Of a DNA stretch of 54,101 nucleotides, positions 27,930 to 36,802 are shown piece by piece. Positions within the stretch are counted from its first letter, which is position 1, and each line of letters starts with the position of its first letter. This DNA comes from Betaproteobacteria bacterium (lineage in GTDB: Bacteria; Pseudomonadota; Gammaproteobacteria; Burkholderiales; SG8-39). Under the pieces are notes generated by a model. It was given only the letters and a program-made list of their open reading frames with translations, was not told the origin of the DNA and did not search any database. The stretch covers positions 1-54,101 of the forward strand of contig VGIA01000003.1 in NCBI GenBank assembly GCA_016868105.1, read 5' to 3'. Position numbers and translations under genes: made by a program.

Positions 27930-28632
27930 GGCGGCCGTGCCGGTCGTTGCCTGCGCCGGCCTGGCGAAGACCTACCAGGGTCCGGCTCCGGTGAAGGTGC
28001 TGGAGGGCGTGGACTTCGAGGCCCGTGCCGGCGAGCGCGTCGCGATCATGGGCAAGTCGGGCTCGGGCAAGTCCACGCTGCTGCACCTGCTGGGCGGGCT
28101 GGACGCGCCCACCGCGGGCAAGGTGTACGTCCAGGGACGCGAGCTCTCCGCCATGGGCGAGGCCGAGCGCGGCTGCGTGCGCAACGCGACGCTGGGCTTC
28201 GTCTACCAGTTCCACCACCTGCTGCCGGAGTTCAGCGCGGCCGAGAACGTCGCCATGCCGCTGCTCATCCGGCGCATGGCGCGCGAGGCGGCGCTCGCGC
28301 GCGCAGCGAAGATCCTGGCGGAGGTGGGCCTGGCCGCGCGCCTGCAGCACCAGCCGGGCGAGCTCTCGGGCGGGGAGCGCCAGCGCTGCGCCTTCGCGCG
28401 CGCCCTGGTGACCGAGCCCGCCTGCGTGCTGGCGGACGAGCCCACCGGCAACCTGGACAACCGCACCGCCGACGAGGTGTTCGACGCCATGGTGCGCCTG
28501 TCGGAAGCGCGCGGCACCGCGTTCGTGATCGTGACCCACGACGCCGCCATCGCGGCGCGCGCGGGCCGGGTCATGGAGCTGAGGGAGGGACGCCTGTATC
28601 CGGGTGCCAACTCGGCCCCGGTTCCAGCCTGA
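27922..28632 (+). CDS. lolD: Lipoprotein-releasing ABC transporter ATPase
   Basis: [39 protein letters not shown]. Confidence 0.95.
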   Translation: MSEAAVPVVACAGLAKTYQGPAPVKVLEGVDFEARAGERVAIMGKSGSGKSTLLHLLGGLDAPTAGKVYVQGRELSAMGEAERGCVRNATLGFVYQFHHLLPEFSAAENVAMPLLIRRMAREAALARAAKILAEVGLAARLQHQPGELSGGERQRCAFARALVTEPACVLADEPTGNLDNRTADEVFDAMVRLSEARGTAFVIVTHDAAIAARAGRVMELREGRLYPGANSAPVPA

Positions 28633-28936
28633 TCACCCCGGCGGTGAGCGCCTCGCGGTAGAAGGCGGCGCTGTAGAGCGACTGCGTCAGCACGAAGCCG
28701 TGGCTGCTGGAGCGCACGAACCAGCGCAAGAGCAGGCCGGCGAGGAAGATCGCCACCCCGGCGATGAACCAGCCTGCCAGCGCCATGCCCACCGCCAGTC
28801 CGAACACCGGCAGCAGGATGAAGGGCAGCAGCATGCGGCCGGAGACAAAGCGCGCCGCCGCCTTGCGGTCCACGTGCAGCACCAGGTCCCCCGAGCGGTA
28901 GCCGGCGACGAAGGCCTGGTGGGCGGGCGCCTGCAT
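28571..28936 (-). CDS. Hypothetical two-TM membrane protein
   Basis: Coding-like ORF 4 nt after DUF2062; two hydrophobic helices; 3' end overlaps lolD by 62 nt. Confidence 0.65.
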   Translation of the reverse strand: MQAPAHQAFVAGYRSGDLVLHVDRKAAARFVSGRMLLPFILLPVFGLAVGMALAGWFIAGVAIFLAGLLLRWFVRSSSHGFVLTQSLYSAAFYREALTAGVIRLEPGPSWHPDTGVPPSAP

Positions 28937-28940
28937 CGCC

Positions 28941-29492
28941 TCAAGCCCGTCCGTTGCGCCGGCGCTGGCGCGCGCGCCAGGCCAGCCTCACGTAAAGGCG
29001 CCATCCCAGCTGCACCACGGCGTAGCCCAGCCCAGCCAGGGTGAGCGCGAGCGCCACCAGCCCGACCAGCAGCGGCTTGCCCAGCGCCGCGGCCCAGTCC
29101 ACCAGGGCGTGGAACGATCCCGCCCAGTCGGCCCAATCCATGACGAAGGGTTCGTGCGCCGGCGGCGCGTGGTTCAGGCCAAGCAGCAGGCTGCCGTAGC
29201 CGAAGGCGAGCAGATACAGAGGCACGATGGTGAACGGGTTGGTGTACAGCGTCATGAGCAGCGCCACCGACAGGTTGCGCCTGAGCGGGATCGCGAGCAG
29301 CAGCGCGGTGAGCATCTGCAGCGGGCCGGGCACCAGGCCGGAAAACAGGCCGATCGCCACCGCACCGGCCACCGAGTCGCGATTCAGGTGCCACAGGTTC
29401 GGGTGGCTGAGCAGCCCCCCGAACATCGCCACCAGGCGGTTGGCGCGCACCGAGTCGGCGTCGGGCAGATGCTTGCGGAAGAGTTTCTTCAT
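28941..29492 (-). CDS. DUF2062 membrane protein
   Basis: LWHLNRDSVAGAVAIGLF...PGPLQM...TNPFTIVPLY; usual position between lolD and comEC. Confidence 0.9.
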   Translation of the reverse strand: MKKLFRKHLPDADSVRANRLVAMFGGLLSHPNLWHLNRDSVAGAVAIGLFSGLVPGPLQMLTALLLAIPLRRNLSVALLMTLYTNPFTIVPLYLLAFGYGSLLLGLNHAPPAHEPFVMDWADWAGSFHALVDWAAALGKPLLVGLVALALTLAGLGYAVVQLGWRLYVRLAWRARQRRRNGRA

Positions 29493-29555
29493 GTTGTAAG
29501 GGGCGTGGGGTGGGTTGCGAGTCAGCGTAACGCCCGCTCGCGCGTTGCATTCTAG

Positions 29556-31871
29556 ATGACCGCAGCCCTGATTGGTTTCGCCGCAGGCGTACTGGTGCTG
29601 CAGGTCCTGCCCGTGCTGCCCGCGGCGGCGTGGATCTGGGCGGCGCCGGCGGCCATTGTGGCGATGTTGCGGTTACGAAGGCTGGTGCTGCCGCTGGCCA
29701 TGGTCCTGGGCTGGTGCTGGGCGCTGGGATTCGCGCACCTGAGGCTAGCCGACCGGCTCGATCCGGAACTGGAGGGGGTGGAGGTGGAAGCGGTCGGTGT
29801 GATTGCCGGGTTGCCGGCCGCGGGCGAGCGCAGCCTGCGCTTCGCCTTCGACATCGAGTCCTCGTCGCGCGAATTGCCCTCGCGCGTGCTGGTTTCCTGG
29901 TTCAGGACTGCGTTCGCCCAGGACCAGTCGGCGGTACTGCTCGAGGTTCCCCATCCAGGGGAGCGCTGGCGCTTCACCCTGCGCCTGAAGCGCCCGCGCG
30001 GGCACTTCAATCCGCACGGCTTCGACTACGAGGCCTGGCTGCTGGAGCGCGGCATCGGCGCCACCGGCTACGTGCGCGCGGGCGGCAAGGCGACGCCGCC
30101 GCTGCGGATGGGGTGGCGCAACAGCTTCCGGGACCGCATCGAGCAGGCCCGCGAGGCGGTGCGCGACCGTTTCCGGCGCGTGCTGGGCGAGACGCCGGCT
30201 GCCGGCATCCTCGCCGCGCTCGCGGTGGGTGACCAGCGCGCCATCTCCAACGAGGAATGGCGCCTGTTCAGCGCCACCGGCGTCACGCACCTGATGAGCA
30301 TCTCCGGACTGCACGTGACGATGGTCTCGGGCCTGCTCGCCTGGCTGGTGGGGTCGCTGTGGCGGCGCGCGCCGCGACTGGTCCTTGCGCTGCCGGCGCG
30401 CAAGGCGGGGGCGCTGGCGGCGATCGCGGGCGCGCTCGGCTACGCGCTGCTCGCCGGCTTCGCGGTGCCGGCGCAGCGCACGTTCTGGATGGTGGCGGTG
30501 GTGGCGCTGGCGCTGTGGTCCGGGCGCATCGCCTCGCCGGCGCGGACCCTCGCGCTCGCGCTGGCGGTGGTGCTCCTCGCCGACCCCTGGGCGGGGCTCT
30601 CGGCCGGTTTCTGGCTTTCGTTCGGCGCGGTGGCGCTCATCTTCCTGGTAGGCGTCGCGGTGCATCGCGACGAGCCGCTGCTCCTCCAGTGGGTGAGGAT
30701 CCAATGGGCGATCACCGTGGGCCTCGCGCCGGCGGCCCTGTTCCTGTTCTCGCAGGTGTCGCTGGTGGGGCCGCTGGCGAACGCCGTGGCGATCCCGGTG
30801 GTGTCCGTCGTGGTCACGCCGCTCGCGCTCGCCGCCGCAGTGCTGCCCTGGGAAGCGCTGCTGTGGCTCGCGGCGTGGCTGGTGCAATGGCTGCTGCAAC
30901 TGCTGGAGTGGTGCGCCTCCCTGCCAGCGGCGCTGTGGCAGCAGCCGTCGCCGCCGTGGTGGTGCCTGGTCGCGGCGGCTGCGGGCACGCTCTGGCTGGT
31001 CGCGCCCTGCGGCGTGCCCTGGCGCGCGACCGGCCTCGCGCTCATGGCGCCGGCATTCGCCTGGCCGGTGGCGACGCCGGCCCCCGGCGATGCCTGGGTG
31101 ACGACGCTGGATGCCGGGCAGGGGCTGGCGGTGCTGGTGCGCACCGCGAACCGGGCGTTGCTCTACGATGCCGGCCCCGCGTTCGGCACCGAGTCCGACA
31201 GCGGCGAGCGGATCATCCTTCCGCACCTGCGTGCCATCGGCGTGCGGCGGCTGGACGCCTTGGTGGTCACGCACAACGACATCGATCACTCGGGCGGCGC
31301 CGCCTCGGTCCTGCAGGCGCTGGAGGTGGACAGGCTCCTGTCCTCGCTGCCCGGCGCAAGCCCGCTTCTGCCGCTGGCGCCGGCCGAACGCTGCGCGGCC
31401 GGGCAAGCCTGGGAATGGGACGGCGTGCGCTTCGAGATGCTGCACCCGGCCATGGGCGCGCAGGAACGGCGCACCAACAACCTCAGCTGCGTGCTGAAGG
31501 TGGCGGCGCGAAGCGGCGCGATGCTGCTCACCGGCGACATCGAGCGCGAGGCGGAGGCGGCGCTGCTCGCGCGCGATCCGGGCGCGCTGCGCGCGGATGT
31601 GCTGCTGGTGCCGCACCACGGCAGCCGGACCTCGTCCAGCGCGGCGTTCATCGCGGCAGTCTCTGCGCGTGTGGCAGTGGTCCCGGCCGGCTACCGCAAC
31701 CGCTTCGGCCACCCGGCCTTGGCTGTGGCCGAGCGCTACGCCGCCGCCGGCGTGGCGATGCGGCGCACCGACCTGGAGGGCGCGGTGACGGTGCGTTTCG
31801 TGGAGAAGGGACTGGAGATCGAGAGCGAGCGCCGGCGCCGTGGGCGGTACTGGCACGAGGCGCCGCGCTAG
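29556..31871 (+). CDS. comEC: Competence protein ComEC/Rec2
   Basis: NPHGFDYE, HLMSISGLH, DAGQG, THNDIDHSGG, LLTGDIE, PHHGS, NRFGHP. Confidence 0.95.
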   Translation: MTAALIGFAAGVLVLQVLPVLPAAAWIWAAPAAIVAMLRLRRLVLPLAMVLGWCWALGFAHLRLADRLDPELEGVEVEAVGVIAGLPAAGERSLRFAFDIESSSRELPSRVLVSWFRTAFAQDQSAVLLEVPHPGERWRFTLRLKRPRGHFNPHGFDYEAWLLERGIGATGYVRAGGKATPPLRMGWRNSFRDRIEQAREAVRDRFRRVLGETPAAGILAALAVGDQRAISNEEWRLFSATGVTHLMSISGLHVTMVSGLLAWLVGSLWRRAPRLVLALPARKAGALAAIAGALGYALLAGFAVPAQRTFWMVAVVALALWSGRIASPARTLALALAVVLLADPWAGLSAGFWLSFGAVALIFLVGVAVHRDEPLLLQWVRIQWAITVGLAPAALFLFSQVSLVGPLANAVAIPVVSVVVTPLALAAAVLPWEALLWLAAWLVQWLLQLLEWCASLPAALWQQPSPPWWCLVAAAAGTLWLVAPCGVPWRATGLALMAPAFAWPVATPAPGDAWVTTLDAGQGLAVLVRTANRALLYDAGPAFGTESDSGERIILPHLRAIGVRRLDALVVTHNDIDHSGGAASVLQALEVDRLLSSLPGASPLLPLAPAERCAAGQAWEWDGVRFEMLHPAMGAQERRTNNLSCVLKVAARSGAMLLTGDIEREAEAALLARDPGALRADVLLVPHHGSRTSSSAAFIAAVSARVAVVPAGYRNRFGHPALAVAERYAAAGVAMRRTDLEGAVTVRFVEKGLEIESERRRRGRYWHEAPR

Positions 31872-31919
31872 GTCCATAATGGCCGCGCGAGTCCACCCAC
31901 AACCTCAGGGTGAGCAACC

Positions 31920-32141
31920 GTGGCCAAGAAAGGCAGCAATGCGGTTTGTCGCCTCACCGACGTCATCGGCACCAGCGCGCAATCGGGGCAGGACGCCGCG
32001 CGTGGCGCGGTGAAGACCGCCTCGAAGTCGCTAGGCGACCTGCGCAGCGCCAAGCTGACCAAGCTGGAGCTGAAGCTGGAGAACGGCAAGGGGGTGCAGT
32101 TCCGCACGCGCCTGTCGCTTTCGTTCAAGCACGCGGCCTGA
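31920..32141 (+). CDS. Dodecin-family protein (divergent)
   Basis: 73 aa; VIGTS...AARGAVKTASKSL.DLR...ENGK...FRTRLSLSFK pattern. Confidence 0.7.
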   Translation: MAKKGSNAVCRLTDVIGTSAQSGQDAARGAVKTASKSLGDLRSAKLTKLELKLENGKGVQFRTRLSLSFKHAA

Positions 32142-32458
32142 TGCCGGCAGGCTACGGCGCCACGGTCCGCGTCACCGGCGGCTTCGGGCGCTTGGAGGAT
32201 TTCCGCGAGCGCGTCCGCTGGCTGCTGGTGCGCGACCCGGATTGCGATCCCTACACCGAGCACCACGCCGGGGGCGTGCTGGAGTACCGCTTCGAGATCG
32301 TGAACGGCATCCCGTTCCCGAGCTTGGTCGAGGCGAGCGCCGAGTTTCCCGAGATGCGCATCGAGGTGCAGTGGCGGCGGGGGGCCGACAGCGGCGGCGC
32401 CGCGATCCAGAACGGCCGCATGGTGGAGAAGTGGCGCGGCGAGAGGCCGCCAGCGTGA
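32141..32458 (+). CDS. Hypothetical protein (105 aa)
   Basis: TGATG-coupled to dodecin; typical codon usage; GIPFPSLVEASAEFPE segment. Confidence 0.65.
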   Translation: MPAGYGATVRVTGGFGRLEDFRERVRWLLVRDPDCDPYTEHHAGGVLEYRFEIVNGIPFPSLVEASAEFPEMRIEVQWRRGADSGGAAIQNGRMVEKWRGERPPA

Positions 32459-32581
32459 CCGCCGGCCCGCGCCGGCGCTTCGTGCAGTGCGCCCCGTCCC
32501 CGGGCCTGCACCGCATCTGGTCCTGGAATGGGGCGATCCCCGGTGCGCCGCTTCGTCATCAACGACGCCGGGCCGGTGGTG
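32455..32581 (+). pseudogene. Alpha/beta hydrolase remnant with large internal deletion
   Basis: GTGA-coupled start; pieces RRRFVQC...GLHRI, LEWGDP and SPVRRFVINDAGPVV in shifting frames, resembling the N-terminus and post-nucleophile strand of a common betaproteobacterial hydrolase. Confidence 0.62.
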
Positions 32582-32618
32582 AGGAAGGTCTCGCCCGAAC
32601 CGATTCCTGCTCGGCGCT

Positions 32619-34034
32619 TTAGGCGCCCTGCGGTCGCACCACCGCGTAGCGCGCCAGCGTGCGGATGCGCGCCTCAGCGTGGTCCACCACCGGAGCCGGG
32701 TAGTCGCGGCCGACTTCGCAGCCGGCGGCGTGCTGCTCCAGCGGCGGCAGGGTCCAGGGCGCGTGGATCCAGTCGTTGCCGACGCGCGCCAGTTCCGGCA
32801 CGTAGCGGCGGATGAACGCCCCCTCGGGGTCGAACTTCTCCGATTGCGTCACCGGGTTGAAGATGCGGAACCAGGGCTGCGCGTCGCAGCCGGTGGAGGC
32901 GGCCCATTGCCAGCCGCCGTTGTTGGCGGCGAGGTCGTAGTCGTTCAGCGTCGCCGCGAAGTAGCGCTCGCCGCGGCGCCAGTCGATGCCCAGGTCCTTC
33001 ACCAGGAAAGAGGCCGCCACCATGCGCAGGCGGTTGTGCATGTAGCCGGTGGAGTTCAGCTGGCGCATCGCCGCGTCCACCAGCGGGTAGCCGGTGCGGC
33101 CCTCGCACCAGGCCTTCCAGCCCTTCGGATTGGCGTCGAACCGCACCGCGTCGTACTCGCGCCGGAACGAGCGCTCGACCACGTCCGGCCGCCAGGCGAG
33201 GATGGCGTGGTAGAAGTCGCGCCACACCAGTTCCGAGAGCCAGGTCTGCGCGCCGGCGTGGTCCAGCTTCCAGGCCAGCGCCACCAGCTGGCGGATGGAG
33301 ATGGTGCCGAAGCGCAGGTGCGTCGAGAGGTAGGAGGGGCCCTTGAGTCCGGGGAAGTCGCGCTTGTCGCGATAGCCCGCGATGCGGCGCCGGAAATCGG
33401 CCAGCAGCGTCGCGGCGCCGGAGATGCCGGCCGGGATCGGCAGCTCGGCGGGCTCGAAGCCGATGTCGGCGAGCGAAAGCACCGGCGCCTTCGGCCCGGG
33501 CGCGAGCCTCGAAGCGTGCTTTGCGATCGGGTAGGCCTTGACGAAGAACGCCTCCAGCTTCGCCAGCCAGGCGTTCTTGTAGGGGGTGAACACCGAGAAG
33601 GGCTCGCCCGCCTTGGTGCGCACCTCCTCCAGCTCGAAGATGACCTGGTCCTTGCGGGTGTGGAAGGCGATGCCCAGCGCGGCGAGCCGGACCTTCACTT
33701 CGGCGTCGCGCGCGATCGCCTGCGGCTCGTAGTCGCGGTTGGCGTACACCGCCGCCACGCCCAGCGCCTGCGCGAGCCTCGGGATCTCCTCGCGCGCGCG
33801 GCCATGCAGCAGGTGCAGGCCGCCGCCTCTGGATTCGAGGGCGGCCTTCAGCTCGACCAGGCTCTGGCGGATGAAGGCGAGGCGCCGGTCGCGCTTCGAT
33901 CCAAGCGCCTCCAGGATTTCGGTGTCGAACACGAAGGCGCAGTGCACCGCGCGATGCGCGATCAGCGCGGCATGCAGCGCGGCGTGGTCCTCGTCGCGCA
34001 GGTCGCGGCGGAACCAGGCCAGCGCGGCGCTCAT
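32619..34034 (-). CDS. phrB: Class I CPD DNA photolyase
   Basis: WFRRDLR, LVWRDFY, GRTGYPLVDAAMRQL, MHNRLRM, NNGGWQW, FRIFNP. Confidence 0.95.
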   Translation of the reverse strand: MSAALAWFRRDLRDEDHAALHAALIAHRAVHCAFVFDTEILEALGSKRDRRLAFIRQSLVELKAALESRGGGLHLLHGRAREEIPRLAQALGVAAVYANRDYEPQAIARDAEVKVRLAALGIAFHTRKDQVIFELEEVRTKAGEPFSVFTPYKNAWLAKLEAFFVKAYPIAKHASRLAPGPKAPVLSLADIGFEPAELPIPAGISGAATLLADFRRRIAGYRDKRDFPGLKGPSYLSTHLRFGTISIRQLVALAWKLDHAGAQTWLSELVWRDFYHAILAWRPDVVERSFRREYDAVRFDANPKGWKAWCEGRTGYPLVDAAMRQLNSTGYMHNRLRMVAASFLVKDLGIDWRRGERYFAATLNDYDLAANNGGWQWAASTGCDAQPWFRIFNPVTQSEKFDPEGAFIRRYVPELARVGNDWIHAPWTLPPLEQHAAGCEVGRDYPAPVVDHAEARIRTLARYAVVRPQGA

Positions 34035-35356
34035 CAACCTCTCCGGCTGGCTGCGTTCCAGTGCAGCTCGAGGTTGGCGATCAGCGCCGGGCTGAAGTGG
34101 CAGTGCGCCTGCTCGCGGGCGTACACCGCCATGTAGCGGCGGAAGCTCTCCAGCGGCTCCTCCGAGATGCGCAGCGCGCGGCGGTTGCCGGCAGCGCTGA
34201 CCAGGCCCGAACCGGTGATGTGCTTCACCAGGCGGCCGACCTCGAAGTCCATGGCCTCCGGCGCCACGATGTGGTCGCAGATGAGGCGTCCCTCAGGGCT
34301 GGCGCAGTCGATGCGCCGCTCGGCGAGGATGGCCTGGCGCGCGACGCGGTCGCCGACGTGGCGTGGCAGGCGCAGGTTGGCCGCGCCCGGGATGATGCCC
34401 TCCTTGCGCGCCGGAAGCGTCATGTAGGCTTCCCGGGTCGCGATCACCTGGTCCATGGTGAGCAGGATCTGGCAATGGCCGCCGATGGCGAAGCCCTCCA
34501 CCGCCGCGATCCACAGCTTCTCGATCGAATCCTCCTCCGGCGACACCTCCGGCTTGGCCAGGCCCCGGTAGAACTTGTTCACCATGCCAAGGTCGCGGAT
34601 CAGGTACCACAGGAAGCGGATCTTTCCCTGGTAAAGGTGTGTCAGGTTGATGCCGGCACCGAAGATCCGCCGGCCCGCGTGCTTGGTGTGCCTCACCACG
34701 TCGCCGCGCAGCACGCAGACCTCGGTGGCCGGATCCAGCAGCGCGAGGTCGGTGGCGATCTCCATCCCGGCCATCGTGCCCTCGTCCTCGGCGTTGAGGT
34801 ACCTCGGGTTGCGCATGGTCAGGACCGAGGCCTTGCCCTGGCGCGAAAGGCGCGCGCCGGGGAACTCGATTTCGCCCTTCTTGTTGAATTCCTTCAGGTG
34901 CTCCAGCGAGTCCCGTCGCGGCAGCAGCATGGCGTGGCACAGGTGCGCGCCCGCGACCGGGTGGGCGAGGACCTGGCTGAGGAAAATACCCTGATCCACC
35001 TCCAGGCCGTCCTTGTCGCCCTGCGGGATGCCGGAATCGCGCGCCAGCGCCGCCGCGTCCGGCACCAGGCCGGGGTAGGCCTCCGCCGCCGCGGCGCACA
35101 ACTGGTCGACGCGGACGAACTGCGTGCGGTTGGCGGTGAGCGAGTCGTAGACGGCGCCGGCGTGCGCGCGCAGGAAGCCGGCGCGCGCGCTCCTGCCTTC
35201 ATCCAGGAGCGCCTGCGCGGCCTGCGCTTCGCCCAGGGCGCGCCTGGTCTTGGGCGGCAGCTTCGCGAGCTGCTCGTCGAGGCGCCTGAGGTGGGCGAGC
35301 AGGGCGGCCTTGTCTGTGGCGAAGTCGGCAGTACCGGCGGGGGCGGTGTATTGCAT
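34034..35356 (-). CDS. dpgC: DpgC-like crotonase-fold acyl-CoA dioxygenase
   Basis: N-terminal helical extension (VYDSLT...YPGLVP...KDGLEVDQGIFL...HLCHAMLLP) plus LNAED, AGINL, FAIGGHCQ, EGIIPGAANLRL; ATG at 35356. Confidence 0.8.
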   Translation of the reverse strand: MQYTAPAGTADFATDKAALLAHLRRLDEQLAKLPPKTRRALGEAQAAQALLDEGRSARAGFLRAHAGAVYDSLTANRTQFVRVDQLCAAAAEAYPGLVPDAAALARDSGIPQGDKDGLEVDQGIFLSQVLAHPVAGAHLCHAMLLPRRDSLEHLKEFNKKGEIEFPGARLSRQGKASVLTMRNPRYLNAEDEGTMAGMEIATDLALLDPATEVCVLRGDVVRHTKHAGRRIFGAGINLTHLYQGKIRFLWYLIRDLGMVNKFYRGLAKPEVSPEEDSIEKLWIAAVEGFAIGGHCQILLTMDQVIATREAYMTLPARKEGIIPGAANLRLPRHVGDRVARQAILAERRIDCASPEGRLICDHIVAPEAMDFEVGRLVKHITGSGLVSAAGNRRALRISEEPLESFRRYMAVYAREQAHCHFSPALIANLELHWNAASRRG

Positions 35357-35519
35357 GCGACGATGATAGCCCTTCGGCAGGACTACAATCTGCCGTGATT
35401 GCACTCGCGCGCCCGATCCACGCTCGCTTTCCAGCCTGTTCGCGGCCGGCAAACTGGGCGGCGTGCGCATCGTCGCGCGCCGCAGGAGATGAGCCGATGA
35501 GCATTTCCGGCCCGATTGG

Positions 35520-35975
35520 CTAGAACACCCCGAGCGCCAGCCCGGCGGCGAAGGCGGCACCCAGCTCCTCGCACCGGGTCAGAATCTCCGGGGTCACTTC
35601 CTTGAGCGCGATGATCGGCTCGGCGCGCTTCTCCAGCCGCAAGCCGGTCACGATGCGCTGCACCGAGTTCACCGCGCCCGAGCCGTCCTGCCCGGCGCTG
35701 ACGATGAGGGCCCATGGCCGGCCGTTCACCTTGCCTTCGCAGGCGTAGAACACGCGCTCGAGGAAGTCCTTCATCATCCCCGACATGTAGCCGAAGTTCT
35801 CCGGCGTGCCGAGGATCAGTCCATCGGCGGCGAGCAAGTCCTGCGGACCGGCTTCGGAGCAGCGCTTCAGGATCACCTGGACGCCACCTTCGGCGCGCGC
35901 GCCGCGCGCCACCGCCTCGGCCATCTGCGCGGTCTTCACCCCGCCGGTGTGGAACACGATCAGAAGGGTCTTCAT
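35520..35975 (-). CDS. Flavodoxin-like (WrbA-type) protein
   Basis: TAQMAEAVARGA, ILGTPENFGYMSGMMKDF, AGQDGSGA. Confidence 0.87.
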   Translation of the reverse strand: MKTLLIVFHTGGVKTAQMAEAVARGARAEGGVQVILKRCSEAGPQDLLAADGLILGTPENFGYMSGMMKDFLERVFYACEGKVNGRPWALIVSAGQDGSGAVNSVQRIVTGLRLEKRAEPIIALKEVTPEILTRCEELGAAFAAGLALGVF

Positions 35976-36012
35976 GGTCTGGAGGGGAATTATCGACCAC
36001 CCGCGGGGGCGC

Positions 36013-36786
36013 CTACGCTTTCAATCTCAGCGCCGGATCCTGCCGGTAGAACCCCTTGAACAGTTCGTACAGCCGCGGGAGCTGGCCCTTGAGCGCGTTG
36101 GGCGTCTCGAAGAAAGCTTCGCTCGCCACGGCGAAGAACTCCGCTTGCTCCTCTGCGGCGTAGGGATCGAGCGGCGTCTCCTCGCCGGACTCCACCGCCT
36201 GGCGGAAGCGGTCGAACTCGGCGTCGAACACTTCGATCCAGCGCTCACGCGCGGCCCTGGAGGGCAGCGGCGGCACGCCGTCGGCCTCGCCGTCCATCAT
36301 GTCCAGCTTGTGCGCGAACTCGTGGATGACGACATTCGCCCCGCCCTCGGCCACCGAGCCGGCGTCCTCGAGCGCCTCCCAGGACAGCACGATCGGCCCG
36401 CCGGGCCAGGATTCGCCGGCGAGTTCGTCGTCCCACTCGTGCACCACGCCGTCCTCGCCGACACGCGTTCGCTTGACGTGGAAATCGGACGGGTGGACGA
36501 TGATCCCGACCCAGCCTTCATAGGCATCCAGGCCCAGCTCCAGCACCGGCAGGCAGGCCTGCAGCGCGATCTCGACACGGTCGTCCTCCGAGAGTTCGAG
36601 CCCCCGCAGCGGCGTGAACTGCTTCTCGGCGAGGAAGATCACCGCCATCTCCCGCAGCCGCCTCGCCTCGTCATCCGACAGCCCGCCGAGGAAGGGCAGG
36701 TGGCGCAGTGCGCGCGCCCAGCGGCGCCCGTCGATGCTGTGCCGGGCGAGAAGGCGCCTTCTGTGCAGGCTCTTTAGCCAACCCAT
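36013..36786 (-). CDS. mtfA: MtfA-like zinc peptidase (M90)
   Basis: NVVIHEFAHKLD HExxH, LDPYAA...EFFAVASEAFF, FYRQDP; ATG at 36786. Confidence 0.87.
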   Translation of the reverse strand: MGWLKSLHRRRLLARHSIDGRRWARALRHLPFLGGLSDDEARRLREMAVIFLAEKQFTPLRGLELSEDDRVEIALQACLPVLELGLDAYEGWVGIIVHPSDFHVKRTRVGEDGVVHEWDDELAGESWPGGPIVLSWEALEDAGSVAEGGANVVIHEFAHKLDMMDGEADGVPPLPSRAARERWIEVFDAEFDRFRQAVESGEETPLDPYAAEEQAEFFAVASEAFFETPNALKGQLPRLYELFKGFYRQDPALRLKA

Positions 36787-36802
36787 CGCCGTACAATACC
36801 GC

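Noticed and set aside
29510-29545. CRP-S-like competence site upstream of comEC (TGCGAGTCAGCGTAA)
   Set aside because: Only one half-site matches TGCGA-N6-TCGCA
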